From a virus (taxonomy: Duplodnaviria > Caudoviricetes): a DNA stretch of 64,000 nt. Where the stretch lies: IMG/VR virus record IMGVR_UViG_3300028887_000067, positions 1 through 64,000 of that record, one strand, 5' to 3'. Position 1 is the stretch's first letter; every line of letters starts with the position of its first letter. The notes under the pieces were generated by a model. The model ran no database searches. It saw only the letters and a program-made list of their open reading frames with translations, and was not told where the DNA came from. This document shows positions 27,923 to 36,973 of this stretch, piece after piece. The position numbers and the translations under genes are program-made.

Positions 27923-30900
27923 TATCCCATAACGTAGATCTTACCATCCACCTTAACAAAATAGACTACCGCGCTTGCCATAACAGGGGGCTGGACGTAA
28001 CTGCCAACCGATTGTTTGAATATCAACTGGCCAGTCGCATCATCGTGTACCGGGACAAAAGTCGGCTTAATAAAGGACATGCTACCGCCATGGGTTGAAT
28101 CGGCCCAAGAGTATACATAATCCGGTACAACACCATTGCCAGATGTCAAATGTTCAAACTGTATCTTAAAGTTATGATTATGAGGCCCCGGAGCCAGCAT
28201 ACCGCCAAACGCACCCTCGCCATTATTAAATGTTCCATCTGAATCATTGGATACATTACCAATACTGCGTATGTTAATACGTATTTCATAAACGACACCA
28301 TCAAGCAAATGGTCGGTTTCTACATACATAATACGGTTACCAGCATTGGTCGAATTATCTGTATTATAAAACGTTTTCACGATATCAACGGCAGAGTCAA
28401 ACTTGCCGGACGCAGTAACTCCATACCAAGTATTCCACACCATCCGCGTAGTAGCGCCAAAACGAACACCACCCTTATCATTAGTTCCAGCAACAGAACG
28501 GTACGGGTCTACATTTGCAGTCAGACCAGTTATACCATCGTTAAGATTAGGCTCGTAAATGGTAAACTTTCCATCCTGGAACAACGAATAATATGTATAT
28601 GGATGAGCGGAATCATCCGTCGGGAATGCGATAAACTTTTCAGCCCCAGGATACGGCACATAAGCGCCATCATCCTGAAATACAATAATATCGTTAGTAA
28701 CATGTCCGAGACCGACATGCAGAGTACCATCAAGCTCTTGCTTGTCCTGAACCATCAAGACCATTCCATGATAAGGCGACTTGACCGTAAGATGATGCAC
28801 ACCATCCATACGGTATTCATCATACAAATCGTATAGTCCATTTGCATTAATTTCAACGCTATCTTCGGTCGGGTCACCATAAGTAGTGCGGATTAGGTTT
28901 CTGATTTTGCATGCGTTGGTAGATTCGTTTGGATCAGCGGGACCCATATCAGGAACCCAGATATTGGCGCCCGCATTAGCACGGCCTTCCATCGAGATAT
29001 CAGGCACGTCACTCGGCAAACAACCAGCCGAACCAACTTTAAGCAACATAAAGTTACAACCCAATTCGCCATAACCACCCAATGCAAGACCGCCCGTATA
29101 CATCATAGGAGACTTGCACGGCTGATAGAACTGGCTATCTTCAAGACCCTCAGCGGCTAATCGACTATGCGCATATCCGGGCACGGTACCATACCAAGGC
29201 GGGAAGCTAAACTGTCGATTGTTACGGCCTATAAAGGCAAATACATCGCTGAACTGCGGATGACTATTGATATTGTTGATCTGGGTGAAAATAAAGTTAC
29301 CGACATTGCTGTATTCACATCTGTAGCCCGATGCGCCCGAATTATCAAAATCTTCGGCAGGAACCGCTTCACTATAGTTGTGGCCAATCCACCATACGTT
29401 GTCGAACACGCCCTTCGGCAAAGCCGGCTCGTAGGTTTTCGCGTCTTGGTTCCGGTGACTGCCTGCATTATGAATGAAGGAGTTCTGATAAATAATTCGA
29501 CTCGACGCAGCCGAATCGCCAATAATAACCGAGTCGTGGCTGCTATAGCCGACACTATTATTGTCACCAACGACCACCAAATTCTTAGTGTTATGACCGG
29601 CGTGCTGGTAAGCGTCTATGCCAGATATGGTCGGTTCATCGATACTCCAGCCCTCCGTCGTATCATAAGATATGTAGAACGTGACACCCTTGACATTTTT
29701 AGTATATCGGCCAAGCCCATTACCTTGGGCAACGTCTATTTCACCCTCGCCTACAATAATTGGGGCCCGCGTATTCGAGTACGCAAACGGATTATTGTTT
29801 TCATCGGGCAAGTCGGCGACCGAACTATACCGAGCATTAAATTCATCGACGGTCAAATATTCAAGCGGTGTCCGTTTCGGGGCTTCAGCATTAATATTAC
29901 AGCCAATGAATATTGAATTATCCGTGTTAGACGCAACATGAGACCTAGTCTGGTTTAATCCGGTTCCAAGCGCAAGAACACTGTTAACATTGCGACCAAT
30001 ATTGGTATTTGAGGCCAACAGCAAGGACTTGGTTATACCGGAACTCAATATCGGCGAATAAATATCATCAAACGTCGATTGGCCATCCGTCAACATCTCA
30101 AGCAAATCATCGCTCGGTACGCATTCCATTAAATCGATCTTACCAATGAATCCCAACTGCCCCATATCAAAACTATCGGCAATCACCGAATTGGCAATAG
30201 AAGCATAGGAGCCCAATGTGCCGAACAATCCGCTGTTCTCCACGACACCTTGTTGCGGCGTGGTGGTAAAATACTTATTAGATGGGTCATTTGCATAGGT
30301 ATCAATACGGCCCAAACCTATCGAATTTTTGACCGGCGTATTGACATAAAGAGGACGCCCGCCAGAAGTCATCCACAACGAGCCCTGCATACTTGAAATT
30401 TCGGTCTCGCCGCAGACGTTGATAATGCTGTTAGACGCGGAATCTACCGCAACCTGAGAGGGTTCCAACGAACCAACCGAGCCGCCCATCAAAATGGTAG
30501 ACGACGAACCTGAACCGAGCAATCCATTGACACTCATATTGAAGCTATACGGGCTTGCCGTCAAGCTATCCTTGCCCAAGTTCATGGAATCCTGACCGAC
30601 CATATAGTCCGACACGGTAAACATCGGAGCAGCCGCGTCGTAATCAGGGTTGTTCGTACTGTGAGCTACCGCATAGGTCTTCTTTTCTTCCTTCGTGTAT
30701 ATTCCACGGACACCGCCGTGGTCGACGTTGGAAGTATCGACGATGTTCCGCATGTACGGGTGCGTGTGGTTCTTGAACGCCCACAGGTCACCGTCGTCGC
30801 CGATTCCGCAATCCGCGCTACGCGCATTCAGCGATTCAATCATATTGCGGACATAGTTGAGCTGCACGCCGAGAGTAGTGACTGCCTCGGAAATGCTCGC

Positions 30901-32160
30901 GTTCGCTATCAGCTGGTTCTTGTACCACGTGATAGCGTCATTCTCGTAAAGGTTGTAGTAAATGACCGGGTTGTTGACCAACGCGGTGTCCTTGGCGAAT
31001 TTAACGCTAAAGTCAATATCGAACTTACCCAGACCGGTCTCGCTCATCTCAACCGTCTCGATGTCAATTACCGCAAACAGAACCGGCTCCTCGTCGCCCT
31101 GAATCTCAATCTGGACCTTGTTGCCGCCACACTTGGTGTTGTCGGCGTTCTCGACATTGAATGCGTGCAGGGTAACCGGGACTGCATAAATACCGATTCT
31201 GTTGAACTTGAAGCTTATCGGGTATTGCTCGCGCACGGACGGCGAAAGGCTGGTACGAGCGGACGCCTTCTTGCGATAATCCGTAAGATTAACGCTCAAC
31301 TTGTACGTGACCGTACCGACCTTCGAGTCGGTCATATCGCCGACGGCGGTACTGCTCCTTCCCATCTCGAGGTTCTTGATCAACCCGTCGCTTCGGACAA
31401 TCGAGTTAAGGTCATAGTGCTCAATCGGGAAAAGCTTCGTGGCAATGGACATGTTCCGACAGGCCGGCTGGTAGTCCACGGCGAACCCCTCGCTAGAAGA
31501 CGGGGCGTGGTACCTGTTGAAATTGGAAATAGACGGAATGGTCCCACCCTCGGCATAAGGATCGATTCGGGTACTTTCGTTGCTCGCATTCCAATAATCA
31601 ACCTTGCCTTCGTAGTTTCTCATATCTGCGGAAACCCACAGATTGTCTCTGGAGCCGGAGGAAGGATCGTAGAACAGCGGGGCGGGAACCGGCAGCGGGC
31701 CCTGCACGACACTGGCATCGCGAGTTTGCGGTGTATTATTCGTCAAGTTGACATAGCGAAACTTCGGGGTATAAACCGACGGATTGTCCGCGCTCTGTTC
31801 CAAGGCGACAAGCGAGTTCATCTTGTTGCCATCGGTGTCAGACACGAGTGAATAGCGGAAAGTGTTCTCGATATTCTCGGCATACAAACACTGCCGATAC
31901 AGCTTTCCAGCAGCTGAATCGACATCACCCTCGTCGAAGCCGGCGACCGTATCGGCCATCGAACCCTGGAAGATGTTGTAGATTTCATCACCAGCACTGT
32001 TACTCGGCACCAGCGAGGTCATTTCCGAATCGAGCTCACGGGCTTCATCCGGTACGTATGCAAGGCCGTAATAACCAATCCAGTACTGGACGGTATCGCC
32101 CCCAGCAATGCTCTTGTTCAAAATGCCGAGTCCGGCGTTAGTAATGATGCTGCTGTTCAT
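27919..32160 (-). CDS. Tail fibre protein (about 1413 aa)
   Basis: N-terminal IITNAG...FNRIGIYA...VLFAV resembles baseplate-attachment domains of myophage fibres; downstream of baseplate genes; S/N/G-rich repeats; AT-richer distal half. Confidence 0.72.
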   Translation of the reverse strand: MNSSIITNAGLGILNKSIAGGDTVQYWIGYYGLAYVPDEARELDSEMTSLVPSNSAGDEIYNIFQGSMADTVAGFDEGDVDSAAGKLYRQCLYAENIENTFRYSLVSDTDGNKMNSLVALEQSADNPSVYTPKFRYVNLTNNTPQTRDASVVQGPLPVPAPLFYDPSSGSRDNLWVSADMRNYEGKVDYWNASNESTRIDPYAEGGTIPSISNFNRYHAPSSSEGFAVDYQPACRNMSIATKLFPIEHYDLNSIVRSDGLIKNLEMGRSSTAVGDMTDSKVGTVTYKLSVNLTDYRKKASARTSLSPSVREQYPISFKFNRIGIYAVPVTLHAFNVENADNTKCGGNKVQIEIQGDEEPVLFAVIDIETVEMSETGLGKFDIDFSVKFAKDTALVNNPVIYYNLYENDAITWYKNQLIANASISEAVTTLGVQLNYVRNMIESLNARSADCGIGDDGDLWAFKNHTHPYMRNIVDTSNVDHGGVRGIYTKEEKKTYAVAHSTNNPDYDAAAPMFTVSDYMVGQDSMNLGKDSLTASPYSFNMSVNGLLGSGSSSTILMGGSVGSLEPSQVAVDSASNSIINVCGETEISSMQGSLWMTSGGRPLYVNTPVKNSIGLGRIDTYANDPSNKYFTTTPQQGVVENSGLFGTLGSYASIANSVIADSFDMGQLGFIGKIDLMECVPSDDLLEMLTDGQSTFDDIYSPILSSGITKSLLLASNTNIGRNVNSVLALGTGLNQTRSHVASNTDNSIFIGCNINAEAPKRTPLEYLTVDEFNARYSSVADLPDENNNPFAYSNTRAPIIVGEGEIDVAQGNGLGRYTKNVKGVTFYISYDTTEGWSIDEPTISGIDAYQHAGHNTKNLVVVGDNNSVGYSSHDSVIIGDSAASSRIIYQNSFIHNAGSHRNQDAKTYEPALPKGVFDNVWWIGHNYSEAVPAEDFDNSGASGYRCEYSNVGNFIFTQINNINSHPQFSDVFAFIGRNNRQFSFPPWYGTVPGYAHSRLAAEGLEDSQFYQPCKSPMMYTGGLALGGYGELGCNFMLLKVGSAGCLPSDVPDISMEGRANAGANIWVPDMGPADPNESTNACKIRNLIRTTYGDPTEDSVEINANGLYDLYDEYRMDGVHHLTVKSPYHGMVLMVQDKQELDGTLHVGLGHVTNDIIVFQDDGAYVPYPGAEKFIAFPTDDSAHPYTYYSLFQDGKFTIYEPNLNDGITGLTANVDPYRSVAGTNDKGGVRFGATTRMVWNTWYGVTASGKFDSAVDIVKTFYNTDNSTNAGNRIMYVETDHLLDGVVYEIRINIRSIGNVSNDSDGTFNNGEGAFGGMLAPGPHNHNFKIQFEHLTSGNGVVPDYVYSWADSTHGGSMSFIKPTFVPVHDDATGQLIFKQSVGSYVQPPVMASAVVYFVKVDGKIYVMGY

Positions 32161-32191
32161 GCCGTTTATAACCAATTTCTTTCAAGAAACT

Positions 32192-32198
32192 AGTTTAT
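32192..32198 (-). promoter_or_regulatory. Late promoter box ATAAACT
   Basis: Upstream of ATG 32160. Confidence 0.7.
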
Positions 32199-32222
32199 AA
32201 CATCCGGCAACGGACTTTCCGG

Positions 32223-35200
32223 CTAAAAACTGCAGTCATCGTCCATACATACGTCGGACTCAATCACCTCGGTAGCGCCAAAAACGGGCTTAATTGCATA
32301 TTTTCCGGACTCTCCGTGGCCAATAATGCTGATGTTACCGGTCGCCTCGGCCTTCATTATGACCCTGATTCCGTCGAACACCACGTTAATGGGCTTGCAC
32401 ACGCGGACTTGTTCCGTAATCCGGCCCACGTCCTCGGTAGTCACCGACACACTAGGGAATCTCGGGTCGTCCACTACGTCCAGAACCACGTGCGGAGTGG
32501 GAACCCACCGAGTCGAGTCCTCTATGGACTTGTTCATTACCTCGTCTTGGCGCACAAGCCTCTCATAAGGCCTGTCGGCGTCCGTCCATAGCGTCACGAG
32601 CTCGCCCACAAGGCCGAACGTGGCCATGAGCATGTTGATACCCGCCTTGGTGCCGCTGAGAGCGTAATACTGCGGAAGATGGGAAATGGTCTCCCTCAAG
32701 GCCTCCTCGCGCTCCTCGTCCGTCCGGTACACCCCGCTTTCGCTAACGTCGTCGGCGAGCGACGTGATATCGTACCCCATGAACCTCGCAAGGTACCCGA
32801 TGAGCTTCCTGTCAATGACCGAGGCGTCCTTCAGATATGCAAGGCGCTCAATGCGCTCGGCGAGCGGGTAGTCCATGTCAGGAACACCACGGAAATCGGA
32901 CGACATGTCGTCACGCGGGGCAACGGTGCCATAGTCGTACTTAGACGAATACTGAAGCGCGACGTCCCTCGTCGTGTCAAGACTGTCAAGATGAGGCTGT
33001 CCGAAATGATAGTTCCTAGAAAGGCCCACCCGCTGCATATAGGCACCGTTCTCGACATCGGCGAGCACCTCGCCTTCCCCGTACCTGCGGTACATCCATT
33101 CGCTCGCCTCGCCGACTGGATCGGTCTCGTCGAACATCGGGTTAGGCACCATGTCCACCTCGACCCTATCGATCTTGAAGGTACGCTTGCGCCTCATCGG
33201 AACCCACGCCGTATTGGCTGAAACCCTCCAAGCCATCAGCTCGTCCTCGCACACCTGTCTCGCGGTAACGACGATTTCCCCTTCACGGAACCGGTGCCCG
33301 CGCCATACGTATTCGCCTGACAGCCGACCCACGTTGCCGTCGGCAACGAACCCCCTGTACAGGGTAGCGGCCGAATTGTCCAGCTCAACCGGGGAATCCA
33401 GCACCACCGTGCTGTCGTTCGGAACGGACACTACGCGTCGTTGCAGGAAATCGTCCGTAGATTCGCCACAATAGGTATAAGCAGCCTCGCCCGTCCGGTC
33501 GACGATAACCTGGTCGCCTGCGGAAAGGCCGTGGGCGTATTCCGTACGAACAACAGCGCCGGTACACTCGACCACCCGGTTGGACGTAACATACGTTGCG
33601 CGGTTGCTGAGCTTGCTCCAGTCGTAGGCGTAGACCCTGTACTTGTACCACATACCAACGGACAACGTCATCTCCTTGCCGACAAGAGCAAGACCGTCGG
33701 GCAAACTTTCGGGTCCCTCTATGCGGATATTGAAGATTCCGCCTCCATTCACGTTGCTAGTCACCGTGTGCCAGCCGTTGTATACGCTGTTGTTCGCGTA
33801 ACGGATGAACACCCTCGTTCCCTTGACCAGGTCGGTTTCGGGAATGCGCCCGACAAGGTTCACCTGCGCGGTCTCGCTGTCAACGAACACTATGCGGCTC
33901 ACCTTGAACTCCGGGCCCATGGCGATTTCCGGGTTGGTCACTCCCACGTCGAACAAGTTCTGTTGCGCATAGAGCGTAAACGGGGTTAGAACCGAGTCAC
34001 GCTCCACGTGTTCCCAGGCGCCGATCGCAGCTCGGAAGAACCGGTGAACCGTTACGCCGTTCTCCACGCGGTATACGTCGACGACGTCACCCTCGGACAA
34101 AGGGTCGCCGTTCAGGCGTGTCGGCCTATGATAGACGGCCATCGCTTTCTCGGCGCCGGTATCGACCTCGCCGGTAAAGCACACGCCTTCCACGTCAGCG
34201 TCGGATTCATACGACACTACGTCGGGAGATACCACGGTAACAGGCACGTCAGTAACGTTGAATATCGCTTCCTTCTGCGGATTGCCTGAAACCTGTACGT
34301 TGCTGACTGAAATCCGAGCCCCGTCAGGCAGGCCGTGACCAGCTGACACAAGCGTCACCACCCACTTGCCATCGGCGTTCTTCACCGCGATAAGGTTGCT
34401 GTCGATATCAATCACGTAGCTCGGTAGTATGCCGCTCTTCATTACCGTGCCGTCCGTGTCCTCGTCGACCTTCGACACGGCAATCTTCTCCAGGTCGACA
34501 TCAACCACATTGTGGTCACCGAGATCGTCATAGAACTCGACAAATCCCGACCTGGACATCTCGTCGATGCCAATGTCGTTGCCGTAGTACAGATACTCGC
34601 GTTCCTTCCATCCATATCGCAGACGGGTGTCGTTCGTCCGCTTCACGTACAAGGGAAGCCGTAGGACGGACATCGAGTCGCTCTCGTAGTCAACGGTCTC
34701 GCCGTAGTCAAGCTTGGCCACGGGACCAACGTACGGCATAAAGGCATTATAGACCTTCTTGTAGCCGACGGAGTAATGCGCCATGGTGTCCTCGACCAAG
34801 TCGGTCTGAACGACCGCCACGCCGTCCTTGTAAATCGTGGACTTTGCCACGCGATACACCTTCCCGTCGGAAACCTTGTACACGTACGCCCCGTCCGGAT
34901 GAGTCCGACGAGGATCATAGAATACGACATCCGTGTCCATCTCGAGAAGGACAAAATCGGACACGCCGCTCATACGGGCGACCATGTATTCCGGCGTAAA
35001 GACCGAACCGCTATAACGACGTACCACGGCGACCGTATCGTCGCCGAGCACTCTCACGTGGTCAATGGCCGTCACGACACCCTCTTCGCTTTCGGTCACC
35101 ATCTCGACCGGCGTATTTGCCGATATGACAAGGGACGCGTCGTGCGAAATCGCGATTACGGACGTATTCTTGTCAGGATGTTCCTTGACATCCTCAACAC

Positions 35201-36971
35201 GGAACAGACGGCGCTCGATGTTTCCGGCAATCGAGCACGGGACCAGCAACACGTCACCCTTCTCGAACGTGCGGTAGCCATAAACGACGTAATAGTCGGG
35301 ACCCGTGGAATCCGGTTCCTTCGCTAGATGGTCGGTAATGTAGCCTACCGTCGGGGAAGTGACCGAAACCGGAACATGGCCTACTAAGGCAAACAGCTTA
35401 TCTATTCCGATAATGTATTTGCCACTAGACCGGTCGTACTTGCACGAAACTACTTCCGCCAATCCATCCCACGCGTCGATTGCGTAGTACTTGCCGCCGA
35501 TATCCAACGGGCTCATCGAGTAAAACGCGTCAAGGCCATAGACGCTTTCCGCAAAATCCTCGATATAGGAATTGACATAATTCTTCACCAGAAATGCCGA
35601 ACGCAGCTTCACATCGTTAGACAGTCCGAACGACACGTCGCTCGGGAACCTGTACTCGCGACGCCACTTCAGCATAGGCATCCTATCGTCCGTGTTGACC
35701 ACGTACTTGCTCTGCGACAGGGGAATCAGAACAAGGACGAGCGCACTGGACCTGTCATCTACCCAGCCAATAATTTCATCGACGCCATAATTGACCGACA
35801 TGGGGAACAAGGTGGAATAGAGTTCCCCGTCCTCCTTCCTCTCGCCAGAGGCTATGTCGCTATTCATCTTCAGCAACGCGACCTGCTCGTTCCCGTGCAT
35901 CAGGTATAAAATCGCGTCGCTGTACAGACTGGGAGAGGCGCTTCCCGTGTAAACCTTCCACTGGCCGTTCGAATCAACCTCGATACGGCTTACCCTGTAG
36001 CGTTCAACGCTCGGGCTGAGCGCAACGTCGGGCTGGGGGATATAGTTCGTCGACGAGACAGCCGACATCTTGGAACCGCTCGTATCGCGCAGGTAGAAAA
36101 TTCCGGACGGATAATCACCCACCCAGTCGAATCCGTTGCCGGACGCGAACTTGACAAACGTGTTGAAATTTCCCGAAACCGGAGAAAGCTGGTTATAGTA
36201 GTCGACGGTGACCTGGTCGACCTTCTTGTCCACCCCGTCAATGTCGAAATACACCGTATCCGTAGCAGGAACCCTCTTCACGTCGGTAATCTTCAGCGAA
36301 AAGAACACCTCATAATAGGTAATGGAGCGTCCCTGCGGATGACCACCGTGCCTACGGAGCACGTGCCCGACGTCGGAAACGCTGAACTCTATCGCGGTAG
36401 CCGGACTGTTGTCCGTATCGGTAAACGGGTCCTGCGAAGTGCCGGCCGTGTCTACCACGAGCGCGTCGTCCGCGTAAGAATAGTAGTACGGAATCGTGCG
36501 AACCGGTTCGGCGTTCCGGTACTTCACGTACACGACCGAACCATCCTTCAGGTTCCTGTCGACAAGATGATGGCCCGAGGCGGACTCTATCGTGTCCTGC
36601 ACGACATCGAAATCGACCTCGACCTCCCTAGGATATTCGGCACCCTCGTTACCAACGATGACGTTGGACTTCACGTTGTTGCGCGGGACGGATAGATAAC
36701 GGACCCTGTCGCCACGCTCGGAGGCGAGTTGCAACATCGAACAGAGCCGCTCCATAGAAGCCATCACCGAACCCTGGTCGGTAGACGTACACACACGGAC
36801 CAACTCGAACTCCTCGGTAGTCTCGATGTTTCGGTAAGCGTTGTTGATGTAGTCAGACATGACCTGCATCAACGTCACGACATCCGGCTCTGTCTTCAGA
36901 AACTCAGGAAGATAACCGACAAAGTCGTTAAACCTAAACTGGCCATTCTTGTTGTAAACTATCGGATTCAT
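32223..36971 (-). CDS. Baseplate wedge protein, gp7 / P2 gpI-like (1582 aa)
   Basis: N-terminal YLPEFL; C-terminal IDRKLIGYLARFMG...LPQYYALSGTKAGINMLMATFG...VCKPINV; follows gp6. Confidence 0.7.
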   Translation of the reverse strand: MNPIVYNKNGQFRFNDFVGYLPEFLKTEPDVVTLMQVMSDYINNAYRNIETTEEFELVRVCTSTDQGSVMASMERLCSMLQLASERGDRVRYLSVPRNNVKSNVIVGNEGAEYPREVEVDFDVVQDTIESASGHHLVDRNLKDGSVVYVKYRNAEPVRTIPYYYSYADDALVVDTAGTSQDPFTDTDNSPATAIEFSVSDVGHVLRRHGGHPQGRSITYYEVFFSLKITDVKRVPATDTVYFDIDGVDKKVDQVTVDYYNQLSPVSGNFNTFVKFASGNGFDWVGDYPSGIFYLRDTSGSKMSAVSSTNYIPQPDVALSPSVERYRVSRIEVDSNGQWKVYTGSASPSLYSDAILYLMHGNEQVALLKMNSDIASGERKEDGELYSTLFPMSVNYGVDEIIGWVDDRSSALVLVLIPLSQSKYVVNTDDRMPMLKWRREYRFPSDVSFGLSNDVKLRSAFLVKNYVNSYIEDFAESVYGLDAFYSMSPLDIGGKYYAIDAWDGLAEVVSCKYDRSSGKYIIGIDKLFALVGHVPVSVTSPTVGYITDHLAKEPDSTGPDYYVVYGYRTFEKGDVLLVPCSIAGNIERRLFRVEDVKEHPDKNTSVIAISHDASLVISANTPVEMVTESEEGVVTAIDHVRVLGDDTVAVVRRYSGSVFTPEYMVARMSGVSDFVLLEMDTDVVFYDPRRTHPDGAYVYKVSDGKVYRVAKSTIYKDGVAVVQTDLVEDTMAHYSVGYKKVYNAFMPYVGPVAKLDYGETVDYESDSMSVLRLPLYVKRTNDTRLRYGWKEREYLYYGNDIGIDEMSRSGFVEFYDDLGDHNVVDVDLEKIAVSKVDEDTDGTVMKSGILPSYVIDIDSNLIAVKNADGKWVVTLVSAGHGLPDGARISVSNVQVSGNPQKEAIFNVTDVPVTVVSPDVVSYESDADVEGVCFTGEVDTGAEKAMAVYHRPTRLNGDPLSEGDVVDVYRVENGVTVHRFFRAAIGAWEHVERDSVLTPFTLYAQQNLFDVGVTNPEIAMGPEFKVSRIVFVDSETAQVNLVGRIPETDLVKGTRVFIRYANNSVYNGWHTVTSNVNGGGIFNIRIEGPESLPDGLALVGKEMTLSVGMWYKYRVYAYDWSKLSNRATYVTSNRVVECTGAVVRTEYAHGLSAGDQVIVDRTGEAAYTYCGESTDDFLQRRVVSVPNDSTVVLDSPVELDNSAATLYRGFVADGNVGRLSGEYVWRGHRFREGEIVVTARQVCEDELMAWRVSANTAWVPMRRKRTFKIDRVEVDMVPNPMFDETDPVGEASEWMYRRYGEGEVLADVENGAYMQRVGLSRNYHFGQPHLDSLDTTRDVALQYSSKYDYGTVAPRDDMSSDFRGVPDMDYPLAERIERLAYLKDASVIDRKLIGYLARFMGYDITSLADDVSESGVYRTDEEREEALRETISHLPQYYALSGTKAGINMLMATFGLVGELVTLWTDADRPYERLVRQDEVMNKSIEDSTRWVPTPHVVLDVVDDPRFPSVSVTTEDVGRITEQVRVCKPINVVFDGIRVIMKAEATGNISIIGHGESGKYAIKPVFGATEVIESDVCMDDDCSF

Positions 36972-36973
36972 TT

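Noticed and set aside
14768-32160. Diversity-generating retroelement or invertible fibre cassette
   Set aside because: No reverse transcriptase, recombinase, or template/variable repeat pair noticed by eye; a self dot-plot would be needed to exclude it fully
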